Shown here: one piece after another, positions 1-7,999 of the stretch
Layout: every line of letters starts with the position of its first letter
How positions within the stretch are numbered: position 1 is the stretch's first letter
Assembly: GCA_029548585.1 (NCBI GenBank)
Contig: JAKPNC010000085.1
Coordinates: 1-34,850, forward strand
Direction of reading: 5' to 3'
DNA: 34,850 bases
Source: a bacterium
Lineage (GTDB): Bacteria > Ratteibacteria > UBA8468 > B48-G9 > JAFGKM01
Program-made: the position numbers and the translations under genes
The notes under the pieces: generated by a model
Database searches by the model: none
Told to the model about the DNA's origin: nothing
Seen by the model: the letters and a program-made list of their open reading frames with translations, nothing else

Positions 1-1336
1 ACTGCAGGCATATATACCTGCGGGCACACAGTGTACGATTTTGCCCACATAGGCAACTTCAGGGCATACGTTTTCGAGGACATGCTTCACAGGTTCCTGG
101 AATACGCCGGCTACACCGTAAGAAGGGTTATGAACATTACCGACGTAGACGACAAGACCATCGCTGGCGCCATGAAGGAAGGCACCGATCTGAGAACATA
201 TACCGACAGATTCGTCGGGGCTTTCATCTCCGACATGGAGACCCTCAGGCTCAAGAAGCCTGATTTCATCCCGAGGGCCACGGAACATATAAAGGAGATG
301 GAGGAGCTTGTTAAAACCCTCCTTGCAAAAGGGTACGCCTACGAAAAGGACGGAGACGTATATTTCAGCATTTCGAAGTTTCCCGCCTACGGACGGCTTT
401 CCGGGGTCGACCTTGAAGGGATGAAACCCGGCGCCCGGGTTGCGGTGGACGAATACTCCAAAGAAGACGCGCGGGATTTCGCCCTGTGGAAAAAAGAGGA
501 TTCCGGCATCTACTGGGATACCGGCCTGGGCAGGGGAAGGCCCGGTTGGCACCTTGAATGCTCCGCAATGAGCATGAAATACCTCGGAGAAACTTTCGAC
601 ATACACACGGGAGGGGAAGACAACATATTCCCTCACCACGAGAACGAGATAGCCCAGAGCGAGGCCGCAACGGGAAAAAAGTTCGTCAACTACTGGCTCC
701 ACTGCGCATACCTGCTGGTGAATAACGAGAAGATGTCAGTCCAGGGGCAACTTCTATACCCTTCGCGACCTGGTCGGCAGGGGATTCAACCCGGTAGCCA
801 TAAGGTACCTGCTGATGTCATCCCATTACAGGGACCACCTGAATTTCACGGAAAACTCCCTGAAACAGTCGGAGAATACCGTCAGGAATTACAACGCCTT
901 CTACCAGTCCCTCGGGTTCTGCAGGGGGGATGCTGACAATAAAGCCATAAAGGAATATATACAGCAGGCAAGGGAAGGTTTCAGGAAAGAACTCGGGGAC
1001 GATCTGAACATATCCGCCGCCATGGGGGCCGTTTTCGGATTCATAAAGAATGTCAACATAGAGATTTCATCAGGAAACATCGGAGCCTCAAACGCCCGTG
1101 AAGCAAAAAATTTCATCGAAGAGATAGACTTCGTTCTCCAGATCCTCGACTGGCAGGAGACCGAACTCCCCGCAGAAGACGCCCTCCTGGTACAGGAGAG
1201 AGAGAAGGCAAGAAGGGAGAAAGATTTCGAAAAGGCTGACAGGATAAGAGAAACCCTTTTGCGGAAAGGAATATCCCTTGAAGACACACCCTATGGAACG
1301 AGATGGAAGACCGGCTCAGGCCAGGCCGGCCGCTGA
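1..1336 (+). CDS. cysS: Cysteine--tRNA ligase, 5'-truncated by window edge, with an apparent frameshift at about 738-739 (joins ORFs 31..936 and 815..1336)
   Basis: Frame 1 from base 1 reads [19 protein letters not shown] (HIGH-type motif), then [46 protein letters not shown]. From base 740 the second frame continues [11 protein letters not shown]...[10 protein letters not shown] through the DALR and anticodon-binding regions (ADRIRETL...[10 protein letters not shown]). Confidence 0.97.
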
Positions 1337-1766
1337 AGGAATAACCCTCGTCGAGGTACTGGTCGTAATCGCCATCATATGCATGCTGGCCGCCGCACTG
1401 ATGCCGGTTTACAACAAGGCGCGGCTGCGGGCTCTTACCGTCAGCACCAAAACCATCATCCACTCCATTGAAGCCGCCTTTTCAATGTACACATCTGATT
1501 TCGGAGATTATCCCGCCCACTCGGGAAGCGACACATCCTTCCTGGTAGGACTCCTCCAGGGGCCGGTTGAAAGCAGCCTGTGGAAAGGACCTTACATGAG
1601 GTTCAGAGAAAAGGATCTTGACCCGGACAATAATATAGTCGACGCCTGGGGCTCCCCCCTTTACTATGGATATCCGCAGGAAGAGAAGGATAACGTGCCC
1701 TATCTGATAATATCTCCCGGCCCCGACAGGAAACAGGCCACCCCGGACGACATAGGAAACTGGTAA
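1293..1766 (+). CDS. Type II secretion GspG-like major pseudopilin (prepilin N-methylation motif)
   Basis: G|ITLVEVLVVIAIICMLAA prepilin cleavage/methylation helix; GspG-like motifs WKGPY, DAWGSPLYY, SPGPD...DDIGNW. ATG at 1293 preferred over TTG 1278; overlaps cysS 3' end. Confidence 0.85.
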   Translation: MERDGRPAQARPAAEGITLVEVLVVIAIICMLAAALMPVYNKARLRALTVSTKTIIHSIEAAFSMYTSDFGDYPAHSGSDTSFLVGLLQGPVESSLWKGPYMRFREKDLDPDNNIVDAWGSPLYYGYPQEEKDNVPYLIISPGPDRKQATPDDIGNW

Positions 1767-1768
1767 AA

Positions 1769-2716
1769 ATGCTTACCTTAAAAAAGTGTCTTCTGCTGCA
1801 GACGATTCTGGTATTTTTTTCATCCTCCCTGCTCTTTTCACAGCCTGCCTCCCTGAAATTTTCGGGTTTTATCAACGACTACACGGGAACCCTCGATGAG
1901 GGAGAAAAAGAATCTCTGGAAAATCTCGTGCAGTCCATTGAGCGGGAAACCTCCTCCGAGATAGCCGTGGCGATAATAGACAGTCTCGGAGGCGACAGCA
2001 TCGAAGATTACGCCAACGAGCTGTTTAACGGGTGGGGCATAGGGAAAAAATTGAAAAATAACGGGGTCCTCATGCTGGTCGTATTGAAGGAGAGGAATAT
2101 AAGGATAGAAGTCGGCTACGGTTTAGAATCCGTACTTCCCGACGGACTTTGCGGCAGGATAATAAGGAACTCCATCTCCCCTGAGTTCAGGAAAGGCAAT
2201 TTTTACGGTGGAATCCACGCCGGCATACAGGATATTTCAAGCGCTATACGGGGCAAGGATCCTTACCCGGACGCAGGCCTGGCAGGAAACAAAGGCAAAG
2301 GGGCCGCGGCCTTCTTTGCGGTGTGGCACATTTTCCTCATCTTTTTCTCCTACGGGCTCCTCCGCAAAGCCGGCATAATCTCATATGCCGCTCTCATAGC
2401 CATTCTTGCGATTTTCACTTTTTCCGCCAGGGGCATTCAAAAGGAGGAAGTCCTTCTCTTCTTCACGCTAATACCCTTTTTTTTCGTCTTCCTGATGGGG
2501 CTTCTGTCTCCCCTGATATTCGCCATAGTTGCATGGAGGCTGAAGAAAAAGTATAAAGGCGGCTGGAAATCCCGTATGCCGTCATACATGAAAAACATAA
2601 TGGCCTATTCCGATTCGCGCGGAGGATTCCGGGGCGGTGGAGGAGGAAGCTTCGGTGGAGGGGGAAGCTTCGGTGGAGGCTCAAGCGGAGGAGGAGGAGC
2701 CAGCGGAAGCTGGTAA
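1769..2716 (+). CDS. TPM domain (YgcG-like) membrane protein with Gly-rich C-terminal tail
   Basis: Signal peptide, INDYTGTL, WGIGKK..NNGVLMLV, RIEVGYGLE..LPD motifs, hydrophobic TM segments, GGGSFGGGSSGGGGASGSW tail. Confidence 0.92.
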   Translation: MLTLKKCLLLQTILVFFSSSLLFSQPASLKFSGFINDYTGTLDEGEKESLENLVQSIERETSSEIAVAIIDSLGGDSIEDYANELFNGWGIGKKLKNNGVLMLVVLKERNIRIEVGYGLESVLPDGLCGRIIRNSISPEFRKGNFYGGIHAGIQDISSAIRGKDPYPDAGLAGNKGKGAAAFFAVWHIFLIFFSYGLLRKAGIISYAALIAILAIFTFSARGIQKEEVLLFFTLIPFFFVFLMGLLSPLIFAIVAWRLKKKYKGGWKSRMPSYMKNIMAYSDSRGGFRGGGGGSFGGGGSFGGGSSGGGGASGSW

Positions 2717-2733
2717 AAGGCAAAGGCAAAAAA

Positions 2734-3402
2734 ATGGAAGAGGAAATACGTCGGAAAGTCTCGTTTTTCATCAAGAAACTGATAGAAACTTTCAACGGAA
2801 GGCTCCTGAGCGTAATAGCCTACGGAAGCAGCGCAGACGGCAGTTACGTGCCAGGGAAATCCGACATCAACCTGCTGGTCGTTGTCGGGGAACTGACATT
2901 CGAAGACATGCGCATTCTCAGAAAAACGGCCGTCAGAAATGCCGTTAAGAACGGCATCTCCCCTTTCTTCTTCACCCCGGAATTCATCAGGGGTTCTGCG
3001 GACACCTTCGCGGTGGAATGGAAGGAGATGAAAGAGAAACGCCTGGTTTTGTTCGGAAGTGATATAATAAAAGATATACAGGTGGAAAACAGGGACCTGC
3101 TCTTGCAGCTGGAAAGGGAAATAAAGCAGAATTACGTGAGATTTCAGCATGCCATGATATTTGACCCTGACATTTATTACGCCCTCGGAGAGTCTTTCAG
3201 AACCCTGAAGGTTTTTCTCCGAAACTCGTACAGGGCCATGGGAAAGAAGATTGAAAGGCCGCCGTACTTCAGCGAGCTCGAACGGATCCTTGACAGGAAA
3301 CCCTTCTTCTGCAGGAAGGAAAAAACGGAAAGCCTGGCCCGGCAACACCTCGCTTTTCTCGGGGACCTCCTGCAGTCCTTTGACAAACCCGCCGGGACAT
3401 GA
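2734..3402 (+). CDS. Nucleotidyltransferase-fold (Pol-beta superfamily) protein
   Basis: LLSVIAYGSSADGSYVPGKSDINLLVV matches the hG[GS]x9-13DxD signature but with D-I-N; predicted helical C-terminal half. Confidence 0.75.
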   Translation: MEEEIRRKVSFFIKKLIETFNGRLLSVIAYGSSADGSYVPGKSDINLLVVVGELTFEDMRILRKTAVRNAVKNGISPFFFTPEFIRGSADTFAVEWKEMKEKRLVLFGSDIIKDIQVENRDLLLQLEREIKQNYVRFQHAMIFDPDIYYALGESFRTLKVFLRNSYRAMGKKIERPPYFSELERILDRKPFFCRKEKTESLARQHLAFLGDLLQSFDKPAGT

Positions 3403-3419
3403 CAAAAGGAGACAGGAAG

Positions 3420-3986
3420 ATGAAGAAATGGTATATCATACCGGCTCTGCTGGCATTGGCGGCAATAATCGTTTTTTCCCTCTTCAGGTCACATTACAAC
3501 AGGCTGGTATACCTTAACCAGCAGGCGGAAGAATCGTGGGCGCAGGTCGACAACGTGCTCCAGAGAAGAAACGACCTCATTCCGAACCTCGTGGAAACCG
3601 TCAAGGGATACGCAAAACACGAAAAAGAAGTCTTCGTGGAGATAACCGAGGCCCGCAGCCGCTGGGCGGGAGCAAAAACCCTCCAGGAGAAGGAAGGGGC
3701 GGCAAACGATATTTCCGGGGCTCTCGGGAAACTGATGCTGGTGGTTGAAAACTATCCGCAACTGAAGGCAAACGAAAATTTCCTGTCGCTTCAGGACGAG
3801 CTTGCAGGGACCGAAAACAGGATCTCGGTGGAAAGGAAAAGGTACAACGGATCCGTGAGAGAATATAACACGGCCGCCCAAAGCTTTCCAACGATGATCT
3901 TTGCCCGCATCTTCGGCTTTGAAAAAGAGAAGGATTACTTCCAGGCCCAGGAAGAAAGCAGGACTGTCCCGCAAGTGACCTTTTAA
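3420..3986 (+). CDS. lemA: LemA family protein
   Basis: N-terminal TM, then YNRLV, WAQVDNVLQRRNDLIPNLVETVKGYAKHE, ENYPQLKANENF..LQDELAGTENRISVERKRYN. Start 3420 (alternative 3399). Confidence 0.95.
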   Translation: MKKWYIIPALLALAAIIVFSLFRSHYNRLVYLNQQAEESWAQVDNVLQRRNDLIPNLVETVKGYAKHEKEVFVEITEARSRWAGAKTLQEKEGAANDISGALGKLMLVVENYPQLKANENFLSLQDELAGTENRISVERKRYNGSVREYNTAAQSFPTMIFARIFGFEKEKDYFQAQEESRTVPQVTF

Positions 3987-4056
3987 AAAGCGGCCGGGAA
4001 GGGTAAAACATTAAATGCAGGATAAATTCCGGCAGATGAGCTGGAAGGAGGAACAA

Positions 4057-4821
4057 ATGTCGAGAAGAATTATGTTGGTAGCCGCGGCGGTTGCAGCCTT
4101 TGCAGGACTTCTGCAGGCACAACCGGTCGCCGACCGGGCAGGATTCCTGAAGGGGATGCAGGAAAAACAAGCATCGATGAAGAATATCAGCGGAAGCTTC
4201 GAGATGGGAATCAGCATGATGGGCAGCGCCATGAAAATACCGGGCAAGTTCTGGCAGAAGGACGAGAAGATACGCATGGATATGGATATAAGGATGCCCG
4301 GCATGGAGACCTCCATGGAACAGATAATGATCATGGACGGGAAAAAGATGTTGCAGTACCAGAAGATGATGAATACCGTTATCACGGTAGACATGACAAA
4401 GATGCCAGAAGAAATCAGGAAAGCAATGAAGCAGTCTTCCCTGGTGGGAGGCAAGGATACTTTCTCCGGGATGGAAAAGATAGCAGACGAAGTGGAGATA
4501 GAAGAGACGTCCCGCAACGGAAAGAAATGCTTTCTTCTCACTCTCAATGATATCAGCAAGCTGAGCGGCATGACCCCCCTGGGGATGGCCAACCCAGGCC
4601 AGATGTTCAAGAAACTGCTTATCTGGATTGACCGGGAAACGCTCCTGCCGGCTCTGGTCCAAATCTTCGGGGAGTCCGAAACCCCTGGCATGTGGATAGA
4701 ATTCAAGGATATTAAAACCTCGGATATCGGAGAAGATATCTTCAAGGCCGCATTTCCGGCGGACGCCAAACAGATTGACATGACGGACGCAGTCATGAAG
4801 ATGTTCGAACATAAGAAATGA
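4057..4821 (+). CDS. Secreted LolA-like / outer-membrane lipoprotein-sorting fold protein, Met-rich
   Basis: RBS AAGGAGG before ATG 4057; Sec signal ending LQA; LolA-like pattern KIRMD...IMDGKKMLQY...IWIDRETLLP...F..PADAKQID. Confidence 0.65.
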   Translation: MSRRIMLVAAAVAAFAGLLQAQPVADRAGFLKGMQEKQASMKNISGSFEMGISMMGSAMKIPGKFWQKDEKIRMDMDIRMPGMETSMEQIMIMDGKKMLQYQKMMNTVITVDMTKMPEEIRKAMKQSSLVGGKDTFSGMEKIADEVEIEETSRNGKKCFLLTLNDISKLSGMTPLGMANPGQMFKKLLIWIDRETLLPALVQIFGESETPGMWIEFKDIKTSDIGEDIFKAAFPADAKQIDMTDAVMKMFEHKK

Positions 4822-4857
4822 GAAAGTGCTGGCCGTTCACGGAGGCGGCAGGAAAGG

Positions 4858-6390
4858 ATGGAAAAAAGCGAAAGAGAGATAGACATACTCATACGGGCGC
4901 GTTATCCCATCATCTTCGTTGCAACCTACGAAGAAGAGAGATTTTCCTCTTTTCTGGACAGGCTCAGCAAACAGCAGAATAAGAGACTGCTGGTCTGGTC
5001 CATTACTTCAGGGATGCAGAAATACGGAGAAACGGGTGTGGATGAATCCACCAGGGATCCGTTGGCGGCTCTCAACTGCGCGGAAAAAGAGACCGGCCCG
5101 GCTATCTTCCTTTTCAAGGATTTCCACCCTTACCTTTCCGACCCTTCCGTCGTGCGCAAGCTGAGGGACCTTTCGAGCAATCTGAAGAGCACTTACGAAA
5201 CGCTGGTACTGGTTTCACCTGTCCTCACGGTTCCCCCGGAACTCGAAAAAGATGTCGCAATAGTGGATTACCAGCTGCCGGACAGGGAAGCGATAGGGAA
5301 ACTCCTGGATACAATCATTAAAGCCGTTTCGTCAAGGGGGACAATAAAGCTCGATGCGCCGGCGGAGGTGAAGGAAAAGCTTGTCGATGCCGCTCTCGGA
5401 TTAACCTTCAACGAGGCCGAAAACGCTTTTGCCCGGGCGATCATAACCGACAACGCGCTGGGCCCCAAGGACGTCGACAGGGTGCTCTCGGAAAAGAAAC
5501 AGATTATCAGGAAGTCGGGCATCCTCGATTATTTTCACACGGAAGAGGATATAGGCAGCGTCGGAGGTCTCGACAACCTGAAAGCATGGCTGGAAAAGAG
5601 GGCGCTTGCCTTTACCCGGAAAGCGAAGGATTTCGGGTTGCCCGAGCCGAAGGGCATCCTCCTGGCAGGAGTCCAGGGTTGCGGGAAATCCCTGACGGCC
5701 AAGGCAGTTTCAAACCTCTGGCAGATACCTCTTCTCAGGTTCGACGTAGGACGGGTTTTTTCCGGAGTGGTGGGATCTTCGGAAGAAAACATGAGGAAGG
5801 CCATAAAGACGGCTGAATCGATCGCACCGGTCATTCTATGGGTTGACGAGATAGAAAAATCCCTTTCGGGAGTCCAGAGCTCATCCTTCTCAGATGCGGG
5901 AACGAGCGCCAGGGTCTTCGGAACCTTCATAACCTGGCTCCAGGAAAAAACAGCTCCTGTTTTCGTCATTGCGACGGCCAACAACATCGACCTGCTCCCT
6001 CCCGAACTACTGAGAAAGGGAAGGTTCGACGAAATTTTCTTCATTGACCTTCCGAACCAAAATGAAAGGATTGAAATCTTCAGGATACACCTTATGAAGA
6101 GAAAAAGAAAACCTGAGAATTTTGACCTTGAAGCTCTTGCTTCGGCCTCCGGGAATTTCAGCGGAGCCGAAATAGAACAAGCGGTCATTTCGGCCCTCTT
6201 TGACGCCTTCGTGGATAATAGGGATCTTCTAACGGGAGACGTGGAAAAAAGCATAAGGGCCACCGTCCCGCTTGCCACAACCATGAGCGACAAGGTCAGG
6301 AACCTCCGGCAGTGGGCGGAAACCCGGACAGTACCTGCAACGGCAAGGAGGATTGGGATTGCGGAGCAGGGGAGAAAACTCGAGTTCTGA
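4858..6390 (+). CDS. AAA+ ATPase, Ycf46-like family (degenerate N-terminal AAA domain plus active classical AAA domain)
   Basis: LIRARYPII N-terminus and AIFLFKDFH degenerate Walker B; VGGLDNLK, Walker A GVQGCGKS, Walker B ILWVDE, sensor I ATAN, SRH PPELLRKGRFD, FSGAEIEQ. Confidence 0.92.
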   Translation: MEKSEREIDILIRARYPIIFVATYEEERFSSFLDRLSKQQNKRLLVWSITSGMQKYGETGVDESTRDPLAALNCAEKETGPAIFLFKDFHPYLSDPSVVRKLRDLSSNLKSTYETLVLVSPVLTVPPELEKDVAIVDYQLPDREAIGKLLDTIIKAVSSRGTIKLDAPAEVKEKLVDAALGLTFNEAENAFARAIITDNALGPKDVDRVLSEKKQIIRKSGILDYFHTEEDIGSVGGLDNLKAWLEKRALAFTRKAKDFGLPEPKGILLAGVQGCGKSLTAKAVSNLWQIPLLRFDVGRVFSGVVGSSEENMRKAIKTAESIAPVILWVDEIEKSLSGVQSSSFSDAGTSARVFGTFITWLQEKTAPVFVIATANNIDLLPPELLRKGRFDEIFFIDLPNQNERIEIFRIHLMKRKRKPENFDLEALASASGNFSGAEIEQAVISALFDAFVDNRDLLTGDVEKSIRATVPLATTMSDKVRNLRQWAETRTVPATARRIGIAEQGRKLEF

Positions 6391-6423
6391 GAACCCAGGG
6401 CCGCAATCTTTGGCGGCGCCATA

Positions 6424-7185
6424 ATGGACAATAAAGACAGGTTCGGAAAGATAGAGAATGAAAGCATAACGGTCGGCATAACCAGGAAGGAAAAAAGGGA
6501 AAGCAGGTTTGACCGTCTGGAATACTCCGATGATGCCGGACAACCCGGTCCCGCACCTGCCGCAGATAAAAAGTATTTCCCCTGTTTCAGGTGCAACAGG
6601 AACAACCGGGCCGGCAGCCTTTACTGCATATACTGCGGCGAGATCTTCCCTGATGTTGCCGAGTCGACGGGAAGCGGCCTTGAGCCGTACGAGATAAGAT
6701 GCCCACAGTGCGGGAAAACCGGAAACAGGAACCAGAAATCCTGCATATGGTGCGGACACGGTTTTGTTCCGACGGAAGAAAATATCCTGGCCCGTGGAAC
6801 CCCGGTCGAGATAGAGATAAACGGCATAAGGTACAGGTCGACCGACAGGTACCTGCCCGGGTTTGTAAGGGAAGCCATGGTAAAAATGAAGAAAGGCGGC
6901 CTTTCACCCGCAGAAAAAGAAGAGATACTCAGGGAACTCAGGGCAAAACAGGCAGGGAGCAGGTTTGAGGTTCTCCTGTCGATAGAAAAAGGAAGGAATG
7001 CGGCCGCGGCGTACTCTCTCCTGGCAGCGGGAGGATTTATCACTTTCGGCGCAATGATACTTGCCGATCTGAAAAAGCCGGTTGCCGCACTTATTGTCGG
7101 CATCCCCGGATTCCTTATTATCTTGGCAGGAATGTTGATGCTTGCGATTTCCGGGAGAGAAAACGGACAAAATCCCATGGGATGA
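6424..7185 (+). CDS. Double zinc-ribbon protein with two C-terminal transmembrane helices
   Basis: Four CxxC pairs (CFRC, CIYC, CPQC, CIWC) and two hydrophobic segments at the C-terminus. Confidence 0.8.
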   Translation: MDNKDRFGKIENESITVGITRKEKRESRFDRLEYSDDAGQPGPAPAADKKYFPCFRCNRNNRAGSLYCIYCGEIFPDVAESTGSGLEPYEIRCPQCGKTGNRNQKSCIWCGHGFVPTEENILARGTPVEIEINGIRYRSTDRYLPGFVREAMVKMKKGGLSPAEKEEILRELRAKQAGSRFEVLLSIEKGRNAAAAYSLLAAGGFITFGAMILADLKKPVAALIVGIPGFLIILAGMLMLAISGRENGQNPMG

Positions 7186-7235
7186 CGGGGATGCACCAGG
7201 GGCGGTTGAACCGGCCTTTAATAAAGGAGAGGAAG

Positions 7236-7649
7236 ATGAGCGCTCTGTGCGGCATCGAACTTGTGATAGAAAGCCTCATGATGCTAAGGAAAACCCTTGA
7301 CGACCTTAAGATCCGTTATGCCCTGCTTGAAGAGATGGAAAAAAGCGAGAAAACGCTTTTCGAGATCCAGACAGGGGAAGGGAAAACAGAGCTTGCAGAA
7401 ATAATTATTAACGACGGAAGCGGTACCAGGACAGGTTTTCAGAAACAGGCTGACGGGAGATACAGGATCATATCAACGGCTTCTTCAAGAGAAGAATCGA
7501 GGCAACAGAAAAAGCTCGCCGGCAGGATAAAGCGCAGGTACGCTTACAACAGGATCAGGGAAGAATTATCAAAGCAGGGGTACCTGGTCGTGGAAGAAGA
7601 GAAAGAAGGCGATGAAACCGTCAGGATACTGGCAAGAAGGTGGAGATAG
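7236..7649 (+). CDS. DUF1257 / Ycf35-like protein
   Basis: RBS AAGGAG before ATG 7236; C-terminal GF...DGRYRI...RRYAY.RIREEL.KQGY.VVEE.....VRI..RRW pattern typical of DUF1257; context next to Ycf46-like ATPase and DUF2997. Confidence 0.75.
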   Translation: MSALCGIELVIESLMMLRKTLDDLKIRYALLEEMEKSEKTLFEIQTGEGKTELAEIIINDGSGTRTGFQKQADGRYRIISTASSREESRQQKKLAGRIKRRYAYNRIREELSKQGYLVVEEEKEGDETVRILARRWR

Positions 7650-7705
7650 AAGATTTATGCGCACGGAGATTTGCAGGCCAAAAGCCCGCCAGAAATCAGG
7701 AGAAG

Positions 7706-7933
7706 ATGAACAAGAAAGAAGAACTGGAGATCTTCATATCGGAAGAGGGCGAGATAAAGGTGCGGGTCAGGGGCGCCAGGGGTGGTTCCTGCATGACGGT
7801 CCTTGAAAAATTCGCAGGCAAAGTCGGCAGGATCAGGGACGTGGTAAAAACCCCCGAGTTCTACCAGGAAGACGTAAGCACAACAGGAAAAATCAGGCAG
7901 GAAAGAAGACACGGGATGCAGGGGAAGAACTGA
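7706..7933 (+). CDS. DUF2997 family small protein
   Basis: RBS AGGAG before ATG 7706; ELEIFISEEGEIKVRVRGARGGSC...VG......KTPEFY matches DUF2997 pattern. Confidence 0.8.
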   Translation: MNKKEELEIFISEEGEIKVRVRGARGGSCMTVLEKFAGKVGRIRDVVKTPEFYQEDVSTTGKIRQERRHGMQGKN

Positions 7934-7999
7934 AGGATTCCTGCGAAAACACCGGCCTGATACAGAGTTCATGAACTTTTTTTTCAACCAGGGAGAAAA

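Noticed and set aside
2645-2679. 17-bp direct repeat GGAAGCTTCGGTGGAGG x2 (period 18)
   Set aside because: Encodes the GSFGGG repeats of the TPM Gly-rich tail; not CRISPR or a mobile-element repeat.
2734-3402. NTase as MNT antitoxin or CBASS cyclase
   Set aside because: No HEPN toxin or Cap effector neighbour, and the second catalytic Asp is Asn; the context is LemA/TPM.
3601-4812. 403 aa minus-strand ORF (also 4011..4892)
   Set aside because: Antisense shadow of lemA and the LolA-like gene; its His richness simply mirrors ATG codons; no motif.
5535-6605. 356 aa minus-strand ORF
   Set aside because: Antisense shadow of the AAA+ ATPase; Ser/Phe-rich, no recognisable domain.
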